DNA of 64,000 nucleotides from a bacterium (GTDB taxonomy: Bacteria; UBA8248): positions 2,496,001 to 2,560,000 of the forward strand of contig CBDBBI010000010.1 of the NCBI GenBank assembly GCA_965202625.1, written 5' to 3'. This document shows, one piece after another, positions 28,123 through 37,688 of the stretch. A program made the position numbers and the translations under genes. The notes below the pieces were generated by a model. It had not been told where the DNA came from. It saw only the letters and a list, made by a program, of their open reading frames with translations, and did not search any database. How positions within the stretch are numbered: the first letter of the stretch is position 1; each line of letters starts with the position of its first letter.

Positions 28123-29316
28123 ATGGAGAAAGCCTTGATGAATACGGCGCTGGCCGGCGCGGCTCCAGGCCGTCTTAAGAAAAGAAGAATATCCCTTCTC
28201 ATCGTTTCCCACATCGCCAACGACAGTTATTTTGGTTTTCTTCCCCCGCTGCTTCCCCTCATCGTGCAGCGTATGGATCTGCCCTTGAGCCTAGCGGGCC
28301 TTCTGGCCACCACCCTTTCCGTCACCGGTGCGGTGGGGCAGCCCCTTTTCGGCTACTTCGCGGACAGGCTCAAGAAAGGGTGGCTCTTGGCGCTCGGCCC
28401 GTTGGGAGGGGCGCTTCTCGCGTTCATGCTCTATATGCCCAATTTCTGGTTCCTCATGCTTCTCATGCTGATTGCGGGATCAGGCTCGGCTTGTTTTCAT
28501 CCTGTAGCCTCGGTCATCGCCGGTCAGTCCTCGGGCGCGAGAAAGGGATTCGGAATGTCGCTTTACGTCGCCGGCGGTCGTCTGGGCGTGGGGTTGGGGG
28601 CGGGCATGGCGACTTTCATCGTTACGCGATGGGGCATCGACGCCATGCCCTACGCCAGCCTCGTCGGAATCCTCATCGGCATCCCCCTGTTTTTCGTCTC
28701 CCCGCCCATACGCGAGACGGGGAAGAGCGGCTCGAGAAGTTTCGTGCAAACGATGCGCGCGCTCAGCCTCGTGTTTCGGCCTCTTTTTTTGCTGTGGCTC
28801 GTGAACTTGTGCCGCACCACGGTGACCATGACCGTTCAGGTCTTCTTGCCCATATACGTTATCGCCAAGGGTGGTTCGCTGGCGGCGGGCGGCACGGCGG
28901 TAACGCTATTCCTCGTCGCCGCGGCCATCGGAGGCGTCTATGGCGGTCATCTCTCAGATGTCTTCGGCAGGCGGATCGTGACGATTTTGGCGATCTGCGT
29001 CGGCACGCCGGCGTTGGGGATGGCTTTCCTGCTCGATGAGCCTTTGCGGACTGTTTTCGTCATGCTCTCGGGCGCCGCTTTCTATGCGCAAATGGGGGTC
29101 TCCGTGACGTATGCGCAGGAGCTCGCCCCCGCGCACGCCGCGCTGGCGAGCAGTTTCATGCTCGGCGTGGTCTGGTTCGTGGCGAGCGTTGGAATGATCG
29201 CCGTCGGCGGTCTGGCCGATTATATCGGCGTGGCGCGTGCCCTGCCCATCGTCTGTATGGTGTTTGGTCTTGTGGGTTCGCTCATCTCTCTGGGACTGCC
29301 CAAAGAGACGACGTAG
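28123..29316 (+). CDS. MFS transporter (Fsr-like)
   Basis: About 12 hydrophobic segments; SHIANDSY, QPLFGYFADR, FHP, GGHLSDVFGRR. Confidence 0.85.
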   Translation: MEKALMNTALAGAAPGRLKKRRISLLIVSHIANDSYFGFLPPLLPLIVQRMDLPLSLAGLLATTLSVTGAVGQPLFGYFADRLKKGWLLALGPLGGALLAFMLYMPNFWFLMLLMLIAGSGSACFHPVASVIAGQSSGARKGFGMSLYVAGGRLGVGLGAGMATFIVTRWGIDAMPYASLVGILIGIPLFFVSPPIRETGKSGSRSFVQTMRALSLVFRPLFLLWLVNLCRTTVTMTVQVFLPIYVIAKGGSLAAGGTAVTLFLVAAAIGGVYGGHLSDVFGRRIVTILAICVGTPALGMAFLLDEPLRTVFVMLSGAAFYAQMGVSVTYAQELAPAHAALASSFMLGVVWFVASVGMIAVGGLADYIGVARALPIVCMVFGLVGSLISLGLPKETT

Positions 29317-29329
29317 GGGAGACGCTCGC

Positions 29330-29727
29330 GTGGATCGAAAATTCAAACCCCTGGCTGTGGAACGCGAGATAGCCGAGGAGATGGCCTCCTCCCTGGGCCG
29401 CATCGGAAGCGAGTTCTCCAAGCGTCAAGGGAGAGCGTGGAGTGCATGGCGCGCCTGGGAGAGAGGGCGGGGGCTGGGCGACGAGAGAGGGAAGAGGCTC
29501 AGGAGCGCGCTTCAGAGCGCGATGGATGAAGCGGAGCGCTATCGCTTCGCTATTTCCTCATCGTGCAAAGAGAGGCGATGGGGCTGCGAAACCACGCGGA
29601 AGTGAACCGAAAATACCCGCTCCCCCGCGTGCCGGGGAGACCGCCCGCCGCAGGCGACCCAGCTAGTCCGCGTCTCGCTTGGCCTGGAGGATTTTCACGA
29701 GGTTGGCGTAGGAAGTTTTCCGGATGA
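29330..29727 (+). pseudogene. DUF6665-like small protein, frameshifted
   Basis: EIAEEMASSLGR in one frame and YFLIVQREAMGLRNH in another; tandem TCGCT duplication at 29542-29551 shifts the frame. Confidence 0.65.
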
Positions 29728-30268
29728 TGGAGCGAAACTGCTCACGATAGTTTTTCAGAAAGCTGATATCCTCTATCAATACGTCATAGACGCGCCATTC
29801 GCCCTGCGCTTTGTGCATGCGGTAAGCGATGTTGACCTTCCGGCCTCCCTTCAGAACCACCTTGGTGTAGATTTTGGCGAACTCCGCGTCGACCGTCTCC
29901 TTTCCGAAGATGATTTTCTCATCCGAGTAGCTCTCTAGTTTGTCGGCGTAGTTGCGCTCCATGAGACGGCTGAAAAGACGGACGAATTCCCTTTTCTCCT
30001 CCGGCGTGCGCTTTCTCCAGTTTCGGGCGAGGCTTCGTCTGGACATTTCCTCAAAATCAAAATACCGATGAATGATCTTGCGAATCTGGCTTCTGCGCTC
30101 GGCTTTTCTCTCGGGACGTTTCAATTCAGGCTGTTGGAGAACGCGCAACACTCCGTTTATGCTCGCGCTCAACAACTCTGTCGGCTTTCCCGCCCCGGCG
30201 GGTTGCGCGATGAGCACCCCGGCTAGGCACATTGCGATGAGCGATGCGATGCGCTTTTTGGGCAACAT
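29663..30268 (-). CDS. mlaC: MlaC/Ttg2D phospholipid-binding periplasmic protein
   Basis: Signal peptide, FDFEEMSRRSL..W, WRVYDVLIEDIS...NYREQF. Confidence 0.88.
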   Translation of the reverse strand: MLPKKRIASLIAMCLAGVLIAQPAGAGKPTELLSASINGVLRVLQQPELKRPERKAERRSQIRKIIHRYFDFEEMSRRSLARNWRKRTPEEKREFVRLFSRLMERNYADKLESYSDEKIIFGKETVDAEFAKIYTKVVLKGGRKVNIAYRMHKAQGEWRVYDVLIEDISFLKNYREQFRSIIRKTSYANLVKILQAKRDAD

Positions 30269-30440
30269 GGGTTCTCCTCGTGCGTTCCGTCTCAAACGCG
30301 GAGACGATGAGACCGAGGCGCCGCTACACGTCCGGGCGAATGGCGTAGCGTCTGGATTCTGAATCCGCCGGCGCGAAAACCACATTCATCCACACTCTTT
30401 CGTTCATTGTCTCGCGTCGCCCCGCTTGGGGTGTGGCCTC

Positions 30441-30887
30441 TTACTTTTTTACCTTGCCGAACACAAATTCTCCGACGAGCTTTTCGATGTCAATCGGGGG
30501 TTCCGTCTCCCGAATCCGCCCGCCCGGGAGGATGATTTTTTCCGCTCCCCCTTGACTGAGACTGACGTATTTATCGCCCAGAATCCCTTTCGTGCGAATG
30601 GAGGCGATGGCGTCTCGGGAGAGCTCGACGTTCTCATCAAGACGGAGTGTGAGTTTCGCGTCTTCCCCGTCCAGGGAGATTTCGCGCACCCGCCCGATTT
30701 GCACGCCCGCCATTTCCACGGGCGCGCCACGCCGCAATCCCGTGGCGCTCGTGAATTTCGCCGAAACCTCGTATGTGCCGGCGTCGAAAATATCGAGACC
30801 GCCGAGCGTGACGGACAGATAGGCGAGGGCGAGGACTCCCGCCAGAACGAATAGGCCGACGCCGAGTTCCACGTTTTTCCGGGACAA
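30441..30887 (-). CDS. mlaD: MCE-family lipid asymmetry protein MlaD
   Basis: N-terminal TM, F.SATGL..GA.V.MAGV.IG.V, IRTKGILGDKYV. Confidence 0.9.
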   Translation of the reverse strand: MSRKNVELGVGLFVLAGVLALAYLSVTLGGLDIFDAGTYEVSAKFTSATGLRRGAPVEMAGVQIGRVREISLDGEDAKLTLRLDENVELSRDAIASIRTKGILGDKYVSLSQGGAEKIILPGGRIRETEPPIDIEKLVGEFVFGKVKK

Positions 30888-30900
30888 CGCCCTTCCTTCC

Positions 30901-31689
30901 CTAGATGAAAATTGAGGTGAGGAAATAATCGCTCACCAGTATGAGGACGGAGGACAAAACCACGGCCGAGGTGGTCGCCTTTCCCACTCCCTCGGCCCCA
31001 TGGCCGCAATGATATCCCTTATAGCAGCAAATCCACGTCACGAGCATGCCGAAGACGATGGATTTCCATACGCCGACGTTGATGTCGTGCATCTCGATCT
31101 TGTCCTGCATCTCTCCGAAAAAAGCACCCGAGCTGAGTCCCATCAACTCCACGCCCACGAGGTAAGCCCCGAATATGCCGATGAGGTCGCAAAGCGCCGT
31201 GAGCAGGGGGAATACTATCACGCCCGCCAGCAGACGGGGAGAGACGAGACGCTGCAAAGGACTGACGGCCATGCTCTTGAGAGCGTCCACCTGCTCGGTG
31301 ATCCGCATGATGCCGATCTCGGCCGTCATGGCGGATCCCGCTCTTCCCGTGACGACGAGAGCGGTGAGAACCGGCCCGAGTTCCCGAATGAGGCTAAAGG
31401 CCACGGCGGGCCCTAGAAAGGCTTCGGAGCCGAACTTTCTAAAAGCATAGATTCCCTGGAGGGCCAAAACCATTCCGGTGAACAAACCCGTCAGCAAGAC
31501 GATGGAGAGCGAGCCCGTACCGATGACGTATATCTGGCGCGTTAGGAGCGAGGCTCGCCAGGGAGGGATGAAAATCCACTGAATGGACTCACCCAGAAAA
31601 ATCGTGGCGGCTCCCATCCCCTCGACGACTTCCATCACGCGCCGGCCTAGCGTCCTGACGCCTTCCTTCGTCATCCTGGTAAAGCTCAT
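30901..31689 (-). CDS. mlaE: ABC transporter permease MlaE
   Basis: RELGPVLTAL, GRAGSAMTAEIG.M...EQVDAL, GAEGVGKATT; start uncertain. Confidence 0.92.
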   Translation of the reverse strand: MSFTRMTKEGVRTLGRRVMEVVEGMGAATIFLGESIQWIFIPPWRASLLTRQIYVIGTGSLSIVLLTGLFTGMVLALQGIYAFRKFGSEAFLGPAVAFSLIRELGPVLTALVVTGRAGSAMTAEIGIMRITEQVDALKSMAVSPLQRLVSPRLLAGVIVFPLLTALCDLIGIFGAYLVGVELMGLSSGAFFGEMQDKIEMHDINVGVWKSIVFGMLVTWICCYKGYHCGHGAEGVGKATTSAVVLSSVLILVSDYFLTSIFI

Positions 31690-31863
31690 CGGCTTGGGCC
31701 TTCTATTCCTCATCGTGAGCAAGTATAGTGGGCATCGTTGAATGAACGAGAATTTCCGGATGCGATGGGCGGCAAGAACCAATCCCTAGTATATCGTCTC
31801 CGGGGGTGGGGAATCAACGCCCAAGCGCGCGGGCGACTGCCTTCTTCTGGGGGAGTTCTTTAC

Positions 31864-32688
31864 ATGAGAAACAAAGCGGTCGGACCCCTCTCCAGGTACG
31901 TCGGGTATGGCGTGCGCGCTCACATGGCCGATTTTGCGCAAATCACCCTGTTTTTTGTCATGATTTACGTGCCGGTATCGGTGGTCGCGCTCTCGCTTCA
32001 CCCCTCGTTCAAATCGCTGATCGCCCCTGAAGCGAACCTCGCGTTCTTGTTCCCCCTCATGATCGCCTCACAGCTGCTCTTGCGCGTGTTGCAGGTGTTT
32101 TTGTTCATCCTTTTGATTCTAAGGGTGGAATCAGAACGTAAGGGCGAAGGCGGTGTTTGGGACGTCGCTGAGACGATGCGTCGCCTGAAATCCGTCGCCA
32201 AGGTGGACCTCGCATATACCTTTGGTTTGCAGTTGCTGGGCGCCGTTGGTTTCGCTGCAGGATTGTTCGTCATTGATTTCCTGTTCGCCTCCGCGCCCAT
32301 CGGGCTTCCGTTCGCGTTTGCCATAACGGTTTTTCTCGTTCTCGCCCCCGCCGTGCGTTATTATTTTTGCACCTTGACCGCGATGTTGTATAGCGACGGC
32401 TTCGTCGGGGCTTTTCGGCGCGCCGGCGTGATTTCCAGCGGCGGTGAGAGAGTTGTCGTTGCGCTGGCGATGACCTATCTCTTGGTCTGGTTCATCCTCT
32501 GGCAGTTCATACAGGGCATTTTTGGAGGCGGTCTCTTGGGCCAGGTTTTGTTGCAAACGGGCGTGATGGTGACCTCGATCTCATATTATCTGGCGGGGTA
32601 TCTGTTGTTTTCCGATCTTTGCCAGGCGGCGAGCGCGAATCACATAGACGAATCAAGGGAAATTTCGGAGGAGACGGGGGACTCCTAG
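31864..32688 (+). CDS. Hypothetical multi-pass membrane protein
   Basis: Long ORF with about 6 hydrophobic segments; start uncertain (31738-31924). Confidence 0.6.
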   Translation: MRNKAVGPLSRYVGYGVRAHMADFAQITLFFVMIYVPVSVVALSLHPSFKSLIAPEANLAFLFPLMIASQLLLRVLQVFLFILLILRVESERKGEGGVWDVAETMRRLKSVAKVDLAYTFGLQLLGAVGFAAGLFVIDFLFASAPIGLPFAFAITVFLVLAPAVRYYFCTLTAMLYSDGFVGAFRRAGVISSGGERVVVALAMTYLLVWFILWQFIQGIFGGGLLGQVLLQTGVMVTSISYYLAGYLLFSDLCQAASANHIDESREISEETGDS

Positions 32689-32700
32689 TTCCTCCCCCCC

Positions 32701-33486
32701 TTACAGGAAAACCTCGAAACACAGCCCGTCATACGCGAGTTCCACGCCTCTGGGCAGGCGTCGGTTGGTTTCATGGTATTCTAGCTCGTAGTTCGTGTGG
32801 GTGAAGTACGTTCTCTCCGGTTTCAGCGCATCGACGATCTCCAGCGCCTGGGCGACCGTGAAGTGAGAGGGATGCTCCCGGTGCCGCAGGGCATCGAGGA
32901 TGAGGACGCGCACCCCTTTGAGAATTTCCATGGATTTTTTCGGAATGGCGTTGCAATCCGTGGCGTAGGCGAAATCGCCTACCCGCAGGCCCATCACCTT
33001 CATGCCGGCGTGTTCGAGTTCAAAGGGGACGACGTCTACGCCGGCCGCTCCAAACGTCGCGCCATTGATTTCTTCCATCCTGAGTTGCGGCCTGAAGCCA
33101 TGATCGGCGCCTCCTGCATCATGGAAGATGTATCTGAAATTTTGGCGGAGAATCCGCACCGTATTGGGGTAGGCGTAGCAGGGAATCGGCTTTTGCATCA
33201 GGAAGTTGAAGGCGCGCAAATCGTCGATGCCATGGGTGTGATCCGCATGAAAGTGGGTGTAGACGACGGCGTCCACGCGGGTGATCCGGTGCTTGAGTGC
33301 CTGCGCGCGCAAGTCGGGGCCCGTGTCCACCAGCAGGTTTCTTCCCTCGCTTTCGATGAGGATGCTCGGGCGCAGCCGCTTGTTTTTCGGATCCTCGGAA
33401 AGACAGGCGGGGCTCGTGCACCCGATGGAGGGGACGCCCGTGGAGGTACCGCAGCCCAGGACGGTGACGCGCGCGCGCGCACTCAC
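32701..33486 (-). CDS. MBL-fold metallo-hydrolase (PhnP-like phosphodiesterase)
   Basis: LGCGTSTGVP, DTGPDLR, THFHADHTHGIDD, YATD, AYDG. Confidence 0.9.
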   Translation of the reverse strand: MSARARVTVLGCGTSTGVPSIGCTSPACLSEDPKNKRLRPSILIESEGRNLLVDTGPDLRAQALKHRITRVDAVVYTHFHADHTHGIDDLRAFNFLMQKPIPCYAYPNTVRILRQNFRYIFHDAGGADHGFRPQLRMEEINGATFGAAGVDVVPFELEHAGMKVMGLRVGDFAYATDCNAIPKKSMEILKGVRVLILDALRHREHPSHFTVAQALEIVDALKPERTYFTHTNYELEYHETNRRLPRGVELAYDGLCFEVFL

Positions 33487-34580
33487 CGCGCCGCCTCCGC
33501 TAAAACCTGAGCGGCGGTTTGCGCGTCTTCCCTCGAGACGTCCAGGTGGGTGACGGCGCGAAGCGTTTTCGCGCTCGGAGTGGAGAAGGCGACGCCGTTC
33601 TCGGCCGTCACCTCGTTGATCGCGCCGGATGTTTTTCCGGTTTTCGAGACGTCCAGGAATACGATGTTGGTGGGCGTCGTGTCGTAGACCGGTCGAATGC
33701 CAGGGATGCCGGCGGTAAGTTCAGAGAAAAACTGGGCGTTGGCGTGGTCATCCGCTAAACGCGCCACGTGGTACTCCAGGGCGTGGATTCCGGCGGCGGC
33801 CAGAAGGCCCGCCTGACGCCAGCCGCCGCCCCACATTTTGCGATACCGCCGCGCTTCTTGAATGAACGTTTTTGTCCCGAGCAGGAGAGAGCCCACGGGA
33901 CAGCCCAGTCCCTTGGAGAGGCAAAAGCACATCGAATCACATCGCATCCCCCACTCGTGGGGGGGGACGCCCGAGGCGACGACAGCGTTGAATATGCGTG
34001 CGCCGTCGATGTGAAGGGGGATGTTCCGCTCTCGAGAGAACGTGCGCAATGCGTCGAGACGCTCCAGGGGAAACACGTTGCCGCCGCCCTGGTTGTGCGT
34101 GTTCTCCACCCAGAGCAGGGCGCTTTTGGGATGTCCTTTGGGACGAAGCCACTCCTCGGCGTCTTCTCGCCCAAAGACTCCGCGCGTCGCCGAGACCAGG
34201 GCGAATTGCACTCCGGCGAGGAAGGCGCCGGCGGCCAACTCGCTTCGAAAGGGATGACAATGGGAATCGGCGATGACCTCATCGCCGGGGTTGGTGTGGG
34301 TTTTGATAGCCAACTGGTTTGCCAAGGTTCCGGATGATACGAAGAGTCCGTCTTCCTTGGCGAAAAGCGATCGGGCCTTCTCGATGAGTTCGTTGACGCT
34401 CGGATCCTCCCCGAGAACGTCGTCGCCCACCCGGGCCTCGGCGATGGCCGCGCGCATGAAAGGAGTGGGGCGCGTTGCGGTGTCGCTTCTCAAGTCAATG
34501 AGACGGCGGGACACAGAGGAAACCTCCAGGGATTTTGGCTCTCGCTCCATGAGTCGGATTTCACGCGTTCGGTTTTTCAC
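33483..34580 (-). CDS. ltaE: Low-specificity L-threonine aldolase
   Basis: DLRSDT, GDDV.GEDP, ENTHN, HIDGARIFNA, CLSKGLG (PLP lysine); start uncertain. Confidence 0.9.
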   Translation of the reverse strand: MKNRTREIRLMEREPKSLEVSSVSRRLIDLRSDTATRPTPFMRAAIAEARVGDDVLGEDPSVNELIEKARSLFAKEDGLFVSSGTLANQLAIKTHTNPGDEVIADSHCHPFRSELAAGAFLAGVQFALVSATRGVFGREDAEEWLRPKGHPKSALLWVENTHNQGGGNVFPLERLDALRTFSRERNIPLHIDGARIFNAVVASGVPPHEWGMRCDSMCFCLSKGLGCPVGSLLLGTKTFIQEARRYRKMWGGGWRQAGLLAAAGIHALEYHVARLADDHANAQFFSELTAGIPGIRPVYDTTPTNIVFLDVSKTGKTSGAINEVTAENGVAFSTPSAKTLRAVTHLDVSREDAQTAAQVLAEAAR

Positions 34581-34683
34581 GCCTTTTTACGACCTGGCGG
34601 CGCGCTTTCTCCGGCCAAAGGAGAGAGCATATTTGCACAATCGCGAGTGATTTGCCAAATTATCGTCCCGTCATTTTCAGCTT

Positions 34684-35850
34684 TTGGAATTTCAACGCGA
34701 GAGAGATCAGACCGACGTGCGAAACTTCGACGCGCTTGTGATTTTTGGGGATGACTTTCTGAGGCGCGCGCGTTCATATCAGATGCGGCGTCTGTATGCG
34801 GGTCTCCTCTCCTCGCTCCTGGAGTTCGGCGTCCTGCTCGCGTTTTTGCTCTGGCGTCTTCGCGCGGACGCCGGGACTCCGTCAGGCGGCGCGTTCCTGG
34901 CCGGATTCGGGCTCTTCTGCCTCGTCGCGCTCGCAAGGACGCTGGTCTCCCTGCCCTTTGATCTCTATGCGGGCTACGCGCTCGCTCACAGGGAAAACCT
35001 GTCGAACGAGTCGCTGCGCGGCTGGTTGTGGGACAAGTGCAAGGGAGTCACGCTCTTGCTGCTTTTGGGCGGGGCGGCCAGCGGTGGTTGCCTGACGCTC
35101 ATGGCTGCGTGGCCGCAGCGCTGGTGGTGGATGGCCGCCCTCGCTTCGATCGTCTTGCTGGGCTTCATCTCCCTGATCGCTCCCGTCCTGCTCGCGCCCC
35201 TGTTTTTCCGCTTCAAGCCCCTGTCGGATGAAAGCCTGAAAGCGCGGCTCCTCGCCTTGCTGGAGAAGACGAAAGCGCGCATATACGGCGGCGTTTGGGA
35301 GATGGAGCTGAGCGCCAAAAGCAAGACGGCGAACGCCGCCCTTGTGGGCTGGGGGCCGTCCCGAAGGGTGGTTCTCTCCGATACGCTGCTTGATTTCACG
35401 CCCGATGAGATCGAGGCAGTACTGGCTCATGAAATCGCGCATCACGCGGGACGTCATATCGCGATTCTTCTGGCGATGAGGAGCGCGGCGCTGGCCGTTG
35501 GCGCGTATCTCTCCTACAAAGTCCTGGAATGGCTGGGCGAATGGACGCACCCCGCTCTCGCGCAGCCGGGAGAGCCCGCGGGCATTCTGGTGATATGGGT
35601 GATGCTGACCCTCGCCGGAGTCGTCATCTCCCCTTGGGCTTTGGCATTTTCTCGCGCGCTGGAGTATCGCTGCGATCGGTATGCCGTTCGGCACGCGCGG
35701 GCACGAGGCGGCTTGGCCTCCGCCCTTGTGAGGCTGTGCAAGCAGAACCTGGCGGACCCCATGCCGCCCGGCTGGGTGGTCGCGCTCTTTCATTCGCACC
35801 CATCGGTCTTTGATCGATTGGTGCGAATCGAATCGTGGGAGAGGGGATGA
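34684..35850 (+). CDS. M48 family (Ste24-like) membrane zinc metallopeptidase
   Basis: Multiple TMs, ANAA, AVLAHEIAH (HExxH), SRALEYRCD, HSHP; start uncertain. Confidence 0.88.
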   Translation: MEFQRERDQTDVRNFDALVIFGDDFLRRARSYQMRRLYAGLLSSLLEFGVLLAFLLWRLRADAGTPSGGAFLAGFGLFCLVALARTLVSLPFDLYAGYALAHRENLSNESLRGWLWDKCKGVTLLLLLGGAASGGCLTLMAAWPQRWWWMAALASIVLLGFISLIAPVLLAPLFFRFKPLSDESLKARLLALLEKTKARIYGGVWEMELSAKSKTANAALVGWGPSRRVVLSDTLLDFTPDEIEAVLAHEIAHHAGRHIAILLAMRSAALAVGAYLSYKVLEWLGEWTHPALAQPGEPAGILVIWVMLTLAGVVISPWALAFSRALEYRCDRYAVRHARARGGLASALVRLCKQNLADPMPPGWVVALFHSHPSVFDRLVRIESWERG

Positions 35851-36006
35851 CGGGCGGTTTTGTCGCGGGTTCGCAGGAGCCTTGAAAAGCAGAAAGCGGC
35901 CCCGCTTCAAGGCGGCACAAGCGCATTTGCCAAAACCAGTCAGTCCGAACCCCGCCGCTGGATGGGTTTTGGTTTATTTGACGAAATGGGGCCGTGTAGC
36001 GGGGCG

Positions 36007-36969
36007 TCAGCGCGCCTGGAGCGTTTTCTTGACGTAGGGGATGACCCACTTTCCGACGTTCGGGCGCCTGGATAATGCGAGGGGGCTTTGCCCGCCCAGA
36101 CGCCGGAGTTCCGCTCTCCCGCCTTTTTCCTTGAGAATTTTCACAAAACGCTCGGCACCGCTCAGGGGATAGGATGCTTTCTGGTTGTGCAGAAAAAGAG
36201 CCGGCGCCTTTATGCGGGCCGCCGCCCGGACGGGAGAGCGCGCTCGATAGGCGTCCATTCTTTGCGCGGGCGGGCCGCCAAGCGCCGCGCGTATTCTGGC
36301 TCTGCGCAGGGCGGGGGAGCGCGTGTAGGCGCTTTCCAGGTCATAGAATCCGTTTTCCAGAATGAGGCCCGAAACGCCTTCGTCCTTGGCGGCCGCAAGG
36401 GCGGCCACCGAAGCGCCTTGTCCGACGCCATAGACGAAAATACCGTCTTTTCTCACGCCGGATCTGGCCCGTAAATAATGAACCGCGCCCAGAGCGGCCT
36501 CCACGCTTCTGGGCCCGGCGAAATCCTCCGGCCCCGTGGACGCGCCAAAGCCGGGCAGCGAAATGCTGATGAGGAAGAACCCGTCTCGCGCGTGCGTCCA
36601 CATGGCGCGCTTGAACCGTTGGGCCCGGGCGTTCTCTCCGTGGAGGAGGAGTATCGCCGGGTAGGGACCTGCGGAGGAGAACCCCTCGCCGGAAGGCCAA
36701 ACGGCGTAAGCCTCCACGCGCCCCCATGCGAACTCCAGGAACCATTCCCGAATTCCCTCCCCGCGCGGGGTTCGCGTCTCATGGTCATGGCCCCCGCCGC
36801 AACCAGTGAGCAAGAGCAAGGATGAGAGAAGGAAGGGAAACACTCGGCGGCGAAGGTTTGGCGAGATGCTCTTCAGATCCACGGCGCGTTCCTTTCTCCA
36901 TCTTTCGGCAAGCGTCCGCAAAGCGGACTGCGGAGCGAGGACGCGAAAATAACGTCCTGTCGCGTTCAT
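36007..36969 (-). CDS. Alpha/beta-hydrolase-fold (S9-like) putative lipoprotein with degenerate nucleophile motif
   Basis: LLLTGC lipobox, YPAILLLHG, SLPGFGASTG, GVGQGA in place of GxSxG, YRARSP; start uncertain. Confidence 0.7.
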   Translation of the reverse strand: MNATGRYFRVLAPQSALRTLAERWRKERAVDLKSISPNLRRRVFPFLLSSLLLLTGCGGGHDHETRTPRGEGIREWFLEFAWGRVEAYAVWPSGEGFSSAGPYPAILLLHGENARAQRFKRAMWTHARDGFFLISISLPGFGASTGPEDFAGPRSVEAALGAVHYLRARSGVRKDGIFVYGVGQGASVAALAAAKDEGVSGLILENGFYDLESAYTRSPALRRARIRAALGGPPAQRMDAYRARSPVRAAARIKAPALFLHNQKASYPLSGAERFVKILKEKGGRAELRRLGGQSPLALSRRPNVGKWVIPYVKKTLQAR

Positions 36970-37089
36970 ATCACGGCGATTGGTGTATCAAAAATAAAAA
37001 ATTGCGTTTTTTGCACTTTCGCATTATATTTGTTTTTCATGAGAAACCTGAAATTTTTCTATGGACAATACATATTTAACACAGTTTTC

Positions 37090-37136
37090 GCACAAAATGT
37101 AGTGCGTAATGGCGAAATAGGCACTATATATAGTAA
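37090..37136. promoter_or_regulatory. Tandem NrdR-box-like palindromes
   Basis: GCACAAAATGTAGTGC (37090-37105) and GCACTATATATAGTAA (37121-37136), offset by 31 bp, in an AT-rich intergenic region. Confidence 0.55.
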
Positions 37137-37192
37137 AATAGAGGTGTTCCCCGTTCCTATGCCGAGAGGTGAGGCGCGAAAGGAGGCCCGTC

Positions 37193-37420
37193 ATGATGAC
37201 AGAGCGAAAACCCGGACGCAGGATGAAGGGGACGAGCCACGTTTCAAAGCATATCCACCGGGCTTGTATGCGCAACCTCGCCCTGTATCTAAAGGGGCAA
37301 ATCTCTTACCAGGACTGGCAAGGTCGGCAGGAGGAGCTGGAATCAAGGCTTACGCCCGCCCCCGAGCTCCCCTTGGCCGCATGGAAACCCAAAGCTCCAA
37401 GGACGCCCGAAGCCGCCTGA
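37193..37420 (+). CDS. Small hypothetical protein (75 aa)
   Basis: Perfect AGGAGG RBS at 37181-37186 before the ATG; no recognisable domain. Confidence 0.55.
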   Translation: MMTERKPGRRMKGTSHVSKHIHRACMRNLALYLKGQISYQDWQGRQEELESRLTPAPELPLAAWKPKAPRTPEAA

Positions 37421-37688
37421 TTCCCTTCTCCGATGGGGCGTAAGCGTCCAGCACCCCTTGACGCGCTCGGCCCCTCTCTCCGCGTATCGTCTCGCCCGTG
37501 GGCGGGGCAGGGTCTGAAGTCCGACGCTCCCATCCGGATGAAGCCAGGCACCGAAGAGGTTCAGGCGCAAAACGTCACTACGCTTGAGCACTTCGCCCAG
37601 CGTGCGGGGAAAATGGCGCCGCGCCCTTCCCGTCTCCTCCCTCCCGGGGTAATCTTCTCCCTGGTTTTTCCAGGGGGGAGATTGTCTG

